From: Octopus bimaculoides | Taxonomy: Eukaryota | DNA length: 64,000 nt | Assembly (NCBI RefSeq): GCF_001194135.2 | Contig: NC_068981.1 | Span: 160,671,571-160,735,570 of the forward strand | Direction of reading: 5' to 3' | In this document: positions 52,701 through 64,000 of the stretch, in pieces | How the letters are laid out: every line of letters starts with the position of its first letter | Position numbering within the stretch: the first letter of the stretch is position 1 | Notes under the pieces: model-generated | What the model was told of the DNA's origin: nothing | Databases searched by the model: none | The model's input: only the letters and a program-made list of their open reading frames with translations | Program-made: the position numbers and the translations under genes

Positions 52701-55700
52701 GACTACAGCTGTAGAGAGTAAAACCAAGACTTTAACACTATTCTGCATCACTTCATCAAAATTGACTTTTTAAAGGTGCCTAATCTTTAAAGAGCATTAT
52801 TTTCTGGCCTCAGTGGTTTAATAAACATTTAACCCTTTAGCATTTAAACTGGCCAAATATGTAATACTTGTAGCTTCAAGATTTTAATTATGCCATTCTA
52901 AAAATAAGCAATCATATCATTGAAATAATGATGATACAAGATAATACATGATTAATTTTTTAAAAAGTGTTTAAATAAATATTACATTTGATAAATCAAT
53001 ATGAATGCTAAAAGTTAAATAACAAAGACTATAGATGATTATTACATGTAATGACACTATTTATGATGGGTCATGTAACAGGCAGTTTGTAGTGAACATC
53101 ACTTAGGTTTTCTTATCTAGTTTACCCTCTCTGCTAATCCACAAGTCATATGATACTTTCAAGGAGAGAACTTCATTAGTGATCTCACTTGTAGAAGATG
53201 GGGAGCAAAAATCATGGTTTAGACTATTTTTAGAATTTCATTTTCTTAGAAGGGATTTTGTGATCATAGAATTAGTACTTTATGACAGGTTAATATTTCA
53301 AACTGAATGTATTTGCTTACATTTCTTTTACAGTATGAAGAGCTTGCAGACAAAGATGACTTGATGGGAATTGAAGATACAGCAAAGAAAGATATCCTTA
53401 AATTTCAATATTTGTAAATTTTATATTCATACATTCATTCATTCATTCATTCACCAGGGTGAATCTCTCCCTTGATTCTTGTTAACACCATCATCATCAT
53501 CATCATCATCATCATTTAGCACCTGCCTTCCATGCTGGCATAGAGTAAATGGTTTGATTGGAACTGGCAAGTTGAAGAGCTACATCAAGTTCCAGTCTAA
53601 TTTAGCATGGTTTCTACAGCTGGATGCCCTTCCTATCGCCAACCACTCCAAGAGTGTAATGGGAGTTTTTTATGTGTCACCAGCATGGGTGCCAGTCGTG
53701 TGACACTGGCATCAGCCATGACTATGATTTCACTTGGCTTGACGAGTCTTCTCAAGCACAGCATATCACCAAAGGTTTTGGTCACTAGTCATTGCCTCTT
53801 TAAGGCCCAACATTTGAAGATCATGCTTCACCACCACATTCCATGTCTTCCTGGGGTCACCTCTTCCACAGGTTCCCTTCACACTTAGAGATTGGCACTT
53901 CTTCACACAGCTGTCCTCATCTATACACATCACATGGTCATACTAGTGCAGTTGCCTCTCTTGCACACCACATCTGATGCCTCTTATGTCCAACTTTTCT
54001 CTCAAGATGCTCACACTGTCATACATGCACACTGACTTTGCACACCCAGTGAAGCATACTGGTTTCATTTCTTTCAAGTCTACGCATGTCCTCAGCAGTC
54101 ACAGCCCATGTTTCACTGCTGTGTAGCATAACTGTTCACACACAAGTATCATACAATCTGCCTTTCACTTTGAGGGAGAGGTCTTTAGTTACCAACAGAA
54201 GTAGGAGCTCTCTGAATTTTCCCACCCTGTTCTTATGCTAGCAGCTACACTCTCAGAACATCTCCCTTCTGCTACTGACTTGGTCACCTAGATAATGGAA
54301 ACTATCAACTATTTATTAATGCTGGCATTTGTTTCAAGTATTTTCTATACTCACCACTTTAAGGTTTTGTTGGTGAGCTGGGTTTTTTCGTCTTTTAGGT
54401 ACCTAGGTGAAATTTAATTAAGAATGCAAAGAGTCAGAGTAAATATCACAGGGCATCTGATCCAACATTTTTGCAATTTGTCTATCCACCATTCTTGAGT
54501 AGTAATTTTTTTTTTATCAACCTTTAAAGGATGGAAGGTAAAGCTGACCTCAGCAAGATTTGCAGAGTAATGACAAATATCACTAAGTGTTCTATCCAAC
54601 ACTCTAACAACTTTGCCAATTCACTGCCTTTTATGTTTTATATTGATTAATGTAATTAATTTAAGATGTACCATATTCGAAAGTAAGTCATTTCACATTG
54701 TCATGTCACTGAAATATATTTAAAAATGATTCCTTAATGTTCACAAGGTTTTTCTCTTCAAAGCCTTCTTTAAAGAACAGATCCACAGTGTTCACTGTAG
54801 GAGATAGAGGGGAAGTACTAACTACTCAGCTTGAAGCTCCTGTTATTGTCCCACATGCTGCTCAGAAAAATGAAACCCGGGTATGTCCCAGCTATAATTA
54901 ATATCTCCTTACTTTGAATAGTTCTTGTTGACTATGGCTATCCTACAAAGATAACTGATTGAATGCTTAAAACTCTTGAGATATCTTGTGACAACTGAAA
55001 ATGTTTTGGTTGCTTTTTCTCATGAGTTGTAGTGCATCTGAGCACTGTATACAGTAAGTTCATTCATTCATCAGGGTATTTGTCACTCCTAGAGGGATCC
55101 CTCTCTTGATTCTGGTTGACACCATCTATTAGGGTTTAAAGGGTTAAATGTAATGTGATTCCATTATAAAGACAATAAGGAGATTTACCTGCTATTGGTC
55201 AAACAATTGCATAAAAGTTCTTTCTGTTTATACTCTGTCAGAATTGGTAATTTATTTCCATTACACAGAGTTATGATTGTAGTCAAAGAGCTGAGGAACA
55301 GATTATTTGCTTTATTGAACCTACTTCAATTTAGATCCTATATATTATCTCTAACCCTTATACTTCAAATAAATAACATCATGGAGTTATTTCAGTTTAC
55401 TTCACTCTTCACCCTCAAAAACTTTGATTTGTATTTTCATCATCATTAAGCATCCCTTTTTTTCATTCTGGCGTGGGTTGGGTGGTTCAATATAAACTGA
55501 TGAGCCAGAAAGCTGCACCAAGCTCCAGTGTCCGTTCTGGCATAGTTTCTACTGATGGATGACATTCCTAGCAAGAACCACTTCACAGAGTGACAGAGTG
55601 TACTGGGTGCTTTTTTGTGGTACCTGCATTGGAGAAGCTGCCCACATACCCACAAAACTTCACCATGTACTAGTGAAGTCTGGTGAAGTTACCAAGACTC

Positions 55701-58506
55701 CTCAACTGAGTGGGGTATAGTATTGAGAGATATAAAAGTATGATACAAGGACAAGAGCTGGTGCCTTACTGAAGGGATGAATGATTTTCCTATCTGGAGA
55801 GAGAGAGAGAGAGAGAGAGACAGATGTGAGGTCAAAGTACAGGGTGAATATGAGAAAGAGAGAATAGGATAGAAAAATAGGAAAGGTGTACCTTCATTAT
55901 TATTTGTTTTACAGTGTTTGTGTTTCTTGTCGAGAGAAATGTTTTATAACATATATATATATATTTTATAACATTTTTATTTTTCTCTCCATCTTCTCCT
56001 TTAGTATACATTTGAAAAGCTGTTTCGCAGTCAGCACTACACTTTGATGGATAATTGTTGTCGAGAATATTTGTTCATTGTGGACTTCTTCATGGTATCA
56101 GTTGGAAGTACAGCAGCTCAGGAACTTTTCAATAGCATCATGGGGAAAACACTATCAATGTTTTTGGTATGTAGCTAGTTTTCTATTTCTTGACTTCAAT
56201 TCTACACATTCAACATTTTCTTTACCTACATCATCATCATCGTTTAACGTCTGCTTTCCATGCTAGCATGGGTTGGACGATTTGACTGAGGACTGGTGAA
56301 CCAGATGGCTACACTAGGCTCCAATCTGATTTGGCAGTTTCTACAGCTGGATGCCTTTCCTAATGCCAACCACTCCGAGAGTGTAGTGGGTGCTTTTACG
56401 TGCCACCGGCACGAAGGCCAGTCAGGAGGTACTGGCAATGGCCACGCTCGAAATGGTGTATTTTACGTGCCACCTGCACAGGAGCCAGTCCATATATATG
56501 TACTAGTTACTTCACAAGCCAGCAAAGGTGCCTCTGTCTATTGTAATGGGTAAAGTGAAATTGTTATCTGCCCATCTATGAAAAAGGACATTGATACATT
56601 GGATAATATAGTTCTAGATAGATTATGTCTAACAAAGACAATCATCATTGCTGGAATAGTTTTAATCATTGGGCAACATTATCAGGTGTAACCTAGAGCT
56701 AAACAACAATATTGTTTAGGTATTTAGTTTTTATTTGTCCATTTCTACATGCGATACAATTTCAATGGAAATACTGCAAATTGTCTGCTAAGAGAGATTT
56801 AAGACTTTCCAAATAAAATAATTCTATTGAAATATAGAAGGAACTGAAATGGTATGATATGTCTAAATTATGTGCTTGAGAAAAGAATTTGCGCAAATCA
56901 GAAAAATATCTAGCTCCAAATTTGGCCTCTTATAACTGCCACTTCTGTCATTATTTTCACACCTGATTTTTCCATGCTTGCATGAGTTGGGCAGGTCCTT
57001 CCAAGCATAGTGTCATGTCATTTATGACATTCCTATGTCACCTCCTTTGTGTACACACACACACACACACACATTCCTGCAGCCCAATGTCACTGTTCTC
57101 TCTCTCTCCTGTTCTCTCTCTCTCTCTCTCTCCCACTCACTACATTTCCCTTTCCCTCCCCTCTTCCCCTTTGCATTCATGTGAACTCCCTGCTTGTACC
57201 TACTGTCCAATTCTCTACCACTCCATTTACATTCACCTCCTTGTACCTTAAGAGTACACCCTAGATCATAGCCACCATTTCTCTCTCACTGGGGTAGCCA
57301 TGCTTCTCCTCTACAGCAAGACATCTGTTTCTGTCCCTCTATCATAGTTTAATCTCTCATCACCTGACACAAAGCCACCCCTCTCAGTTGAGGGATCACG
57401 GTCTTGGAACTTACTCAGTCACCTCGCCAGTGCTGGTGCCACATCCAAAAGCACCTTGTAGAAACCATGCCAAAGCAGACAGTAAAACTTGGTACAGTCC
57501 TCTGGCTTGTCAGCTCCTGTCAAACTGTCCAACCCATGCTAGTGTGGAAGATGGATGTTAAATGATGATGATATATATACCAATGAATTAGCAACAAGTT
57601 CATCAAAAACAAATTCTCAATTTTATATTGCTTGATACCCACTAGATCCTGTGAAAACCACCCAACCCATGCCAGCGTAGAAAATAGACATTAAATGATG
57701 ATGTGTGTGTGTGTATACACACATACATACAAATAGTCTCTTTCAATTCATTTATAAATACTCCTTTCTACTGGAGGTACAAGGTCTCAAATTTGTGGGG
57801 AGCAGGACTAGTCGATTACATTGACTCCAATGTTTCACTGGTACTTAATTTATCGACCCCGAAAGGATGAAAGGCAAAGTTGACCTCAGTGGAATTTGAA
57901 CTCAGATCTGAGCGATGAGTGAAATACCACTAAGCATTTTGTCCAGCGTGCTAACGATTCTGCCAGCTCGCTGCCTTAATTCATTTATAAATATCTTTTC
58001 TTTAAAAATTTTTCTATTGAACTATTTCTTATTCTGAAAACAAAAAAAAAAAAAAAAAAATTTAAGTATGTTTTTATTTTCTTTGTTGATTTTCTAAAGT
58101 TTTCTCCTGTAGTTATTTATTTTATGCACAAAATTTAATGCAGTAGTTTTCAAACTTTGAAATGTTATTGGCTAAGTGATTTGTCACTATTGCTTGATTT
58201 ACAGGAACAAGTCTATTATAGGCCTAAGAAAAAGGTAGGAGGCATGTAGGAGTAAATTTGTCATTATTGTCATTTGTTACCCCCAAGGCAGCCTCTAGTA
58301 AGCAAACTTGTCATGCAGGATGTTCTAGCTATGACTGTCTTGTATTTTTTGTTCTTGTAAACAAAGCATGGTGATATGTTAAGAAGTTCAGTTTACAACT
58401 TACATGGTTCTGAGTTTGATTCCACTATCCCTCATTTTGATAATATAGCTTTGGGTCAACCTAACCTAGTGAAATTTGATAAATGGAAACCATGTGCCAG
58501 CCTATT

Positions 58507-58541
<35 letters not shown>

Positions 58542-61350
58542 CCTTTAATTTACAAGTAGGAGGAAAAGTATTAATACTTGATATGTATAATAATTGTCAT
58601 TCATTTATCTGAAGTTGAAGCTTCCCTAAGTGAGTTTTGTAAAAAATGGAAACATGGAACTCAGAGTAGCAATGGAGGGAAACCCCATTTTCAAATAAAT
58701 AAATGTATTTGCTGGCACAAGCATGTTGTTACAAAGTTCCTTTTGCAAGTACATACTTGGTTCCAAGTTTGATCCCATTGCATGATACCATGAACAAATG
58801 TCTTCTACTGCAACCTTGGATGAGCATTGCTGTGACTGAAATTTGGTTGGCTAACCACAGTTCAATGACTGAAACCAGTAAAAGAATTGAATATCTAGGA
58901 TTAAATTATTTAAAGTGTTATGCAATAGCATAGAGGATCCCATTGACTTATTATCAGGGCTGGCCCTAGGGTTGCTGGCACCCTGGGCAAGCTGAACTTC
59001 AGTGTGTGCAAACTGATGGTTGTGGAAATTTCTTTGTCTTTGTCATGCCCTCCTTGGTGCCCCGGGTGACTGCCTGAATTGCTGGTACCTTGAGACGGTC
59101 CTGCTTATTACCATAATAGTAGTTGTTTAACTGCAGGTCAGCCTTGATTGAACAGAACTATGATCAGAGATCTTCCAGTCATGACTATCCTGTTCTTTCT
59201 TTGTCAGTCATGGTATCTATCTATATATATAAAGATGAGAATGTGTATCTGTCTGTGTGTGTGTGTGTGTGTGTGTGTCTGTCTGTGTGTCTGTCTGTGT
59301 GTGTGTGTCTGTCTGTGTGTGTGTGTCTGTCTGTGTGTGTGTGTNNNNNNNNNNNNNNNNNNNNNNNNNNNNNNNNNNNNNNNNNNNNNNNNNNNNNNNN
59401 NNNNNNNNNNNNNNNNNNNNNNNNNNNNNNNNNNNNNNNNNNNNNNNNNNNNNNNNNNNNNNNNNNNNNNNNNNNNNNNNNNNNNNNNNNNNNNNNNNNN
59501 NNNNNNNNNNNNNNNNNNNNNNNNNNNNNNNNNNNNNNNNNNNNNNNNNNNNNNNNNNNNNNNNNNNNNNNNNNNNNNNNNNNNNNNNNNNNNNNNNNNN
59601 NNNNNNNNNNNNNNNNNNNNNNNNNNNNNNNNNNNNNNNNNNNNNNNNNNNNNNNNNNNNNNNNNNNNNNNNNNNNNNNNNNNNNNNNNNNNNNNNNNNN
59701 NNNNNNNNNNNNNNNNNNNNNNNNNNNNNNNNNNNNNNNNNNNNNNNNNNNNNNNNNNNNNNNNNNNNNNNNNNNNNNNNNNNNNNNNNNNNNNNNNNNN
59801 NNNNNNNNNNNNNNNNNNNNNNNNNNNNNNNNNNNNNNNNNNNNNNNNNNNNNNNTGTGGGTGTCTGTCTGTGTGTGTGTCTGTCTGTGTGTGTGTCTGT
59901 CTGTGTGTGTGTCTGTCTGTGTGTGTGTCTGTGTGTGTCTCTGTCTGTGTGTGTCTCTGTCAGTGTGTGTGTCTGTCTGTCTGTGTGTGTCTCTGTCTGT
60001 GTGTCTGTCTGTGTGTCTGTCTGTCTGTGTGAATCCCTAAAACTCGAGAACTACACAACCGATTTCATTCAAATTTTACACATGCCTTACTTAGGGGCCA
60101 AACAAATTTCAAGTTCCTGCTTAATGCGAACCCAGAGCAATCTCTTATCTCCTCCACTATTGCAGTATTACGTGTCACTAGTGGAAAAATAACAACTCTC
60201 TATTGTAATGTCAGATAGTTTCACTATTAATACTGTAACTATTAAAGTGAAACTATTATTTCACATATATACATACATACATAGTCTGTCTCCCTAAAAC
60301 TCGAGAACTACACAACTGATTTCATTCAAATTTTACACATGCCTTACCTAGGGTCCATGTAGTGTCATAGGCCCCAAAAATTTTCAACTTCCTGTCTAAT
60401 GTGATCCACTATTTCAGTATTACATGTCAAAGTGGTACAATAACATTTCTGTATTGTAATGTCTGATACTTTCACTTTAATAGTTTCGCTATTAATACTG
60501 AAACTATTAAAGTGAAGCTATTATTTCACATACATACATATGTATATGTGTAGATGTATAGATATACATGTATATATATGTGTACATATATATGTATATA
60601 TATAGATGTATCGTCTGACTGGCCTTCGTGCGGGTGACACGTAAAAGCACCTACTACACTCTCTGAGTGGTTGGCGTTAGGAAGGGCATCCAGCTGTAGA
60701 AACTCTGCCAAATTTAGATTGGAGCCTGGTGTTGCCATCCGGTTTCACCAGTCCTCAGTCAAATCGTCCAACCCATGCTAGCATGGAAAGCGGACGTTAA
60801 ACGATGATGGTGATGATGATGATGTAATATGTACACATATATATATGCACATATATACATGCATATATTTATACGTATATATATGTACACATACATACAT
60901 ATATACATATACGAAGACACATGCCAAGTTGCCACACAGTGGGACTGAACCCAGGATGATGTGTTTTGGAACCAAGTTTCTTACCACACAGCTACACCTG
61001 CACCTATATATATATGTATGCATGTATGTCATCATCNNNNNNNNNNNNNNNNNNNNNNNNNNNNNNNNNNNNNNNNNNNNNNNNNNNNNNNNNNNNNNNN
61101 NNNNNNNNNNNNNNNNNNNNNNNNNNNNNNNNNNNNNNNNNNNNNNNNNNNNNNNNNNNNNNNNNNNNNNNNNNNNNNNNNNNNNNNNNNNNNNNNNNNN
61201 NNNNNNNNNNNNNNNNNNNNNNNNNNNNNNNNNNNNNNNNNNNNNNNNNNNNNNNNNNNNNNNNNNNNNNNNNNNNNNNNNNNNNNNNNNNNNNNNNNNN
61301 NNNNNNNNNNNNNNNNNNNNNNNNNNNNNNNNNNNNNNNNNNNNNNNNNN

Positions 61351-61381
<31 letters not shown>

Positions 61382-63856
61382 AGTTAGTGAGACCACTTAA
61401 TTTAGTCATTTTTCCTAAGCCAAGATGAATACAATTGTACTCTTGGAAGCTGTAGAGTCACCCGAGCATACAAAATGAGCGTTATTTATAATTCAATGGT
61501 ACAACACTGTAAAAGTTTGCTTTGAGATATACTTAGATTATGATTTCTGCAATGTGGTGCATAAATTGCCAAGTAAAGGAGAGGCATCTTTGCCTCTACT
61601 GACTCAATTGCAATGTGTTATTTTGAGTAAAGTTATTTGGTTGCAGACCTCCTTTGAGTCTTTTTATTATGACTGGCTCAGAGATAGTCCCCAGACGGTA
61701 ACATTGATTTCAAGGCCTTCCCAGATAAGTGACTGGTCATTCAAAGAGATTTATAAATTGCCAAGATCACTATGCCGATAGGTAACTGAACAGAATAAAT
61801 TTGCAAACTCCAGAGGTGACACTTTCATTTCCCCTTAGCCCTCACATCACACAGTTGTTAATGTTTATTTGAGTTGGGTCATGCCCTTCCAATTACTATA
61901 GATCCATAATGCATCTTACGACTGAGGAATCCTACATTGGGGAGTTGTAATGACTAGGGTAGGGTAGCTGACTGCTTATTGTGATCATTCGTCTTTTGGT
62001 TTCCTGTAACTTTGCTCTCTTTTACAAACCCAGTGAACATTCATATATTTACGATTTCAAAGAAATTTGAACAATAGATATAAGACCCAAGTTAAAAAAA
62101 AAGATTCCCAACAATTCAACTTCTCTGGTTGACTTTAATTCCCACATTTCAGAGCTCCATTTTTCAGGAGCAAAAACCTTTGAATAAGTTTCATAAGATT
62201 TGGATTTTGGAATCTGGGCATAAAGATGAGTAGTATGGGATAAATATGTCATGATTAGAATTTTTGTTAGGGTGTGTAAAGAAGGAAAGAACCCTCATTA
62301 AAATTCTTAATCTGCAATTTTGATGAAATTCAAATCATAGCTATTCCAGTTCATTAGAGAAAATATGAAAGAAATGTCTAATTCTTCAGTTCTATGTGAC
62401 ATGGTCAAAGCCTGGTATCTCTGCTAGTATTTAATATATCCTTCCTTTTTCTGAATCACTAAAGTTTGATATGAAGGAGATTTAGCTGCCATTTCTGTGA
62501 GATTGAGTATGTAGAGAATTCATCCCATTTCCAATAAAAACAACAAAAATTGAAAAGTACTGTCTTATGTTTTAAATTTTTTAATTGACTACTTTTTGTT
62601 AATTGTAGTTTTGAATTTATTTATTTATTTTCTCTTTCCAGAAACATATGGAAGTTTACACAAATGATTGCTTTGATTCTATTGCCATCTTTCTCTGCAT
62701 TCATATCATTAATCGTTATCGTACCATCATGCTTAAACGCAATGTACCTGCTCTGGAGAGGTTGGTTTCATTTTTACTTTATTTGTTGTCACATTACACA
62801 TTCAACAAGTTGTCTTGATTTTGTATCTTTCAACAGCACAACAACACAATCCTGAAAACAGTTTCTCATCTTGCAGTCAACAGCAACATGCAATTAATGA
62901 TTTTAAAGTCATTACAAATGCTAGGACTCACAATCTCTAATGAGCTTATGGCAACCTAATATAACACTTAAAACTGCATCTCAAAAGCTGGTTTTCCAAT
63001 GCAAGGCCAGGAAATTCTTCATCTTCATTTGATTTCTGGCCCTCTACAAAGCTCAAGTAAAACTCACAATGGACTCGTGCTTTTATATCTGAAATGTTAC
63101 TGCTGTTACATATATACATCCTAACCTGCATCCAAAAAGTAGCTAGGAATTCTAATTATATCATGGTCTTCATATACCAGAAGTTTATTTCTTGCTTTTC
63201 AGCTCTTGGCAATAGAGTTTTTTTGTTTTATTGAATCAGTTTACCCATGCAAGCATGACTAATTGGATATAAAGCTAGAAATATAGTGCTAATATATATT
63301 TTATCACATTCTTCTGGGTTAGTAAAATAACTAACTGTAATGTACTGGGAAAGTGTGGTAAAATTGATCTTGGTAGAGTTTGAACTTGGTATAACAAGTT
63401 ACTGAACTAGTAACAGTAAAAATCTAGTCTAATATTACATTAAATTCTACCTCTCTTCAATAATTACGCCCCAGGATCTCCACTCTTAGTTATTATTAAT
63501 TAATTGTTAAATGTGATATGATATCTGACAAGAAGAGGTGTAACATATTACTGGAATTAAAAACCGGATGAATAGAGAAGCTTGTCAAAGTAGATTTCCA
63601 CGACTCAATGTTAAATGAAAATGTTTTGTGTTTAACTACTTAATACCTTGTATAATATTTCATCAACAACTATATCAAAGACATTCTATATCATCATCAT
63701 AATCATGGTCTTTGTCATCATTCTTATTGAAGGTACTGGCAAACACTTCAGGACATAATGTGGCCAAGATTCCAATATATACTTGAACTAAATATTCATA
63801 GCGTTAAAGAATGTGATCCCCAGAAACTTGGACAAATTGATATCCGGCCCCATTAT
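38285..63856 (+). CDS. VPS52: Vacuolar protein sorting-associated protein 52 (GARP/EARP subunit), first 15 exons, 491 codons; continues beyond window
   Basis: Exons 38285-38320, 41398-41479, 42163-42215, 45175-45250, 46244-46311, 47404-47517, 48770-48831, 49082-49232, 49947-50047, 52307-52439, 53334-53391, 54747-54880, 56005-56166, 62642-62760, 63733-63856. Includes [79 protein letters not shown] and DIRPHY, all collinear with human VPS52. Exon 1 ([12 protein letters not shown]) is the least certain. Confidence 0.95.
39555..40010. repeat. Unclassified interspersed repeat flanked by (ATT)n
   Basis: GC-richer block bounded by (TAT)n tracts; shares AGTGATCTCATAT with 2570-2591. Confidence 0.4.
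40195..40535 (-). mobile_element. Second RLE-type (R4/Dong-like) LINE 3' fragment
   Basis: [27 protein letters not shown]...[11 protein letters not shown]...[10 protein letters not shown] on the minus strand. Confidence 0.8.
42650..43150 (-). mobile_element. 5'-truncated RTE LINE (ORF2 C-terminus plus family A-type 3' UTR)
   Basis: Family A tail contiguous with a decayed RTE ORF2 end ([13 protein letters not shown]...[14 protein letters not shown]-like on the minus strand). Confidence 0.7.
43157..43276. mobile_element. Small foldback MITE
   Basis: TGTAATATGGT / ACCATATTACA ends, inner CTGGTCACTG / CAGTGACCAG. Confidence 0.6.
45251..46243 (+). other. U12-type (minor spliceosome) GT-AG intron, VPS52 intron 4
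   Basis: 5'SS GTATCCTTTT (U12 consensus RTATCCTTT); branch-like GCCTTTAAC at 46224-46232, about 11 nt before the AG at 46242-46243. Confidence 0.85.
46750..47210 (+). repeat. About 140-bp diverged direct repeat
   Basis: 46750-46891 vs 47069-47210 (AAATGTGCTTTTC...ACATTAATTT). Confidence 0.85.
51355..51737 (-). mobile_element. Family C SINE, young full-length copy
   Basis: Nearly identical to 20455-20828. Confidence 0.85.
51796..52060. mobile_element. About 265-bp foldback MITE
   Basis: ATAGATAAAGATAGA..TGGC / GCCA..TCTATCTTTATCTAT ends; inner AGCTTTACAGCATTT..TTCAGACCCTAAAACCC / GGGTTTTAGGGTCTGAA..AAATGCTGTAAAGCT. Confidence 0.8.
53392..54746 (+). other. U12-type intron with AT 5' end and apparent AA 3' end, VPS52 intron 11
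   Basis: 5'SS ATATCCTTA after ...TAKK-G; branch site TTCCTTAAT 54730-54738; only an acceptor ending at 54746 (AA) restores the frame G|GG TTT TTC = [11 protein letters not shown]. Confidence 0.8.
53487..54312 (-). mobile_element. 5'-truncated RTE LINE inside the U12 AT-AA intron
   Basis: Minus strand, with frameshifts: [12 protein letters not shown]...[45 protein letters not shown], the RTE ORF2 C-terminus, running into a family A-type 3' end with (TGA)n tail. Confidence 0.85.
55436..55720 (-). mobile_element. Diverged family A / RTE 3' copy
   Basis: CATCATCATTAAGCATCCC...CCAAGCTCCAGTGTCC..GCATAGTTTCTAC.GATGGATG. Confidence 0.6.
56228..56490 (-). mobile_element. Family A copy
   Basis: Reverse-complement core, low divergence. 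Confidence 0.85.
57395..57572 (+). mobile_element. Family A copy (diverged)
   Basis: ...GTCAAACTGTCCAACCCATGCTAGTGTGGAAGATGGATGTTAAATGATGATGAT. Confidence 0.7.
57760..57978 (-). mobile_element. Family B SINE, near full length
   Basis: Same A/B boxes and CCTTTCATCCTTTCGGGGTCGATAAA core. Confidence 0.8.
58205..58234 (+). CDS. Candidate 30-nt cassette microexon of VPS52 ([10 protein letters not shown])
   Basis: TTGCTTGATTTACAG | GAACAAGTCTATTATAGGCCTAAGAAAAAG | GTAGGA; phase 0/0, no stop, inside phase-0 intron 13. Confidence 0.5.
58955..59103. mobile_element. hAT (Tip100-like) MITE
   Basis: CAGGGCTGGCCCTAGG / CCTTGAGACGGTCCTG ends; 8-bp TSD CTTATTAT / CTTATTAC. Confidence 0.8.
59218..60525 (+). 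mobile_element. Helitron-like non-autonomous element with (TGTC/TG)n array and internal tandem duplication
   Basis: TCTATATATATAAAGATGAGAATGTG start, long TG/TGTC array across a gap, duplicated CCCTAAAACTCGAGAACTACACAAC.GATTTCATTCAAATTTTACACATGCC units at about 60035 and 60292. Confidence 0.55.
60612..60826 (+). mobile_element. Young family A copy
   Basis: Differs from the copy at 78-272 at only a few positions. Confidence 0.85.
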
Positions 63857-63944
63857 GTAAGTTTTCATCTTCATTTTTGAAATTGTTTCTTTTATAATCA
63901 ACTTGAGAGATAAATCATACTACCCTAACCCTAACTGCAATATA

Positions 63945-63992
63945 TACGAGAGATGCTGAAAAGTTCCTGGCTTTAAGGGTATTGCGAAAGGC
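63945..63992 (+). mobile_element. Left end of a mariner-type element/MITE
   Basis: TA-CGAGAGATGCTGAAAAGTTCCTGGCTTT terminal motif. Confidence 0.55.
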
Positions 63993-64000
63993 ACACACAC

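Noticed and set aside
59123-61409. Long ORFs of 125-311 aa in the ORF track (also near 18.5, 29.0 and 50.3 kb)
   Set aside because: They are open only because they cross N runs and dinucleotide microsatellites.
62946-63131. Protein-like minus ORFs in VPS52 introns (62946-63131, 62049-62252) as a nested gene
   Set aside because: No recognisable homology and no convincing in-frame splice chain; ORFs of about 60 aa are expected by chance.

Overview
AT-rich, intron-rich animal genomic DNA with 7 N gaps, dense microsatellites and repeat families I recognise as typical of octopus assemblies (the species call is inference). I rebuilt four spliced genes by hand with consistent reading frames: the last 5 exons of MED24 (+, ends 6180); a complete 8-exon WDR38-like gene (+, 15993-33948, 332 aa); a complete 5-exon RPS18 (-, 37006-34478, 152 aa); and the first 15 exons of VPS52 (+, from 38285, continuing past the window). 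Most of the rest is transposon debris. Main observations: (1) two U12-type minor introns in VPS52, one of which is in frame only as a non-canonical AT-AA intron; (2) a candidate 30-nt frame-preserving microexon in VPS52; (3) head-to-head RPS18/VPS52 as in the human extended MHC, next to WDR38, whose human orthologue lies in the 9q33 MHC paralogon; (4) a candidate H/ACA snoRNA in RPS18 intron 3 with bipartite complementarity to 18S rRNA; (5) long intronic foldbacks that could be ADAR substrates. Comparisons with human proteins, loci and rRNA are from memory; no searches were run.
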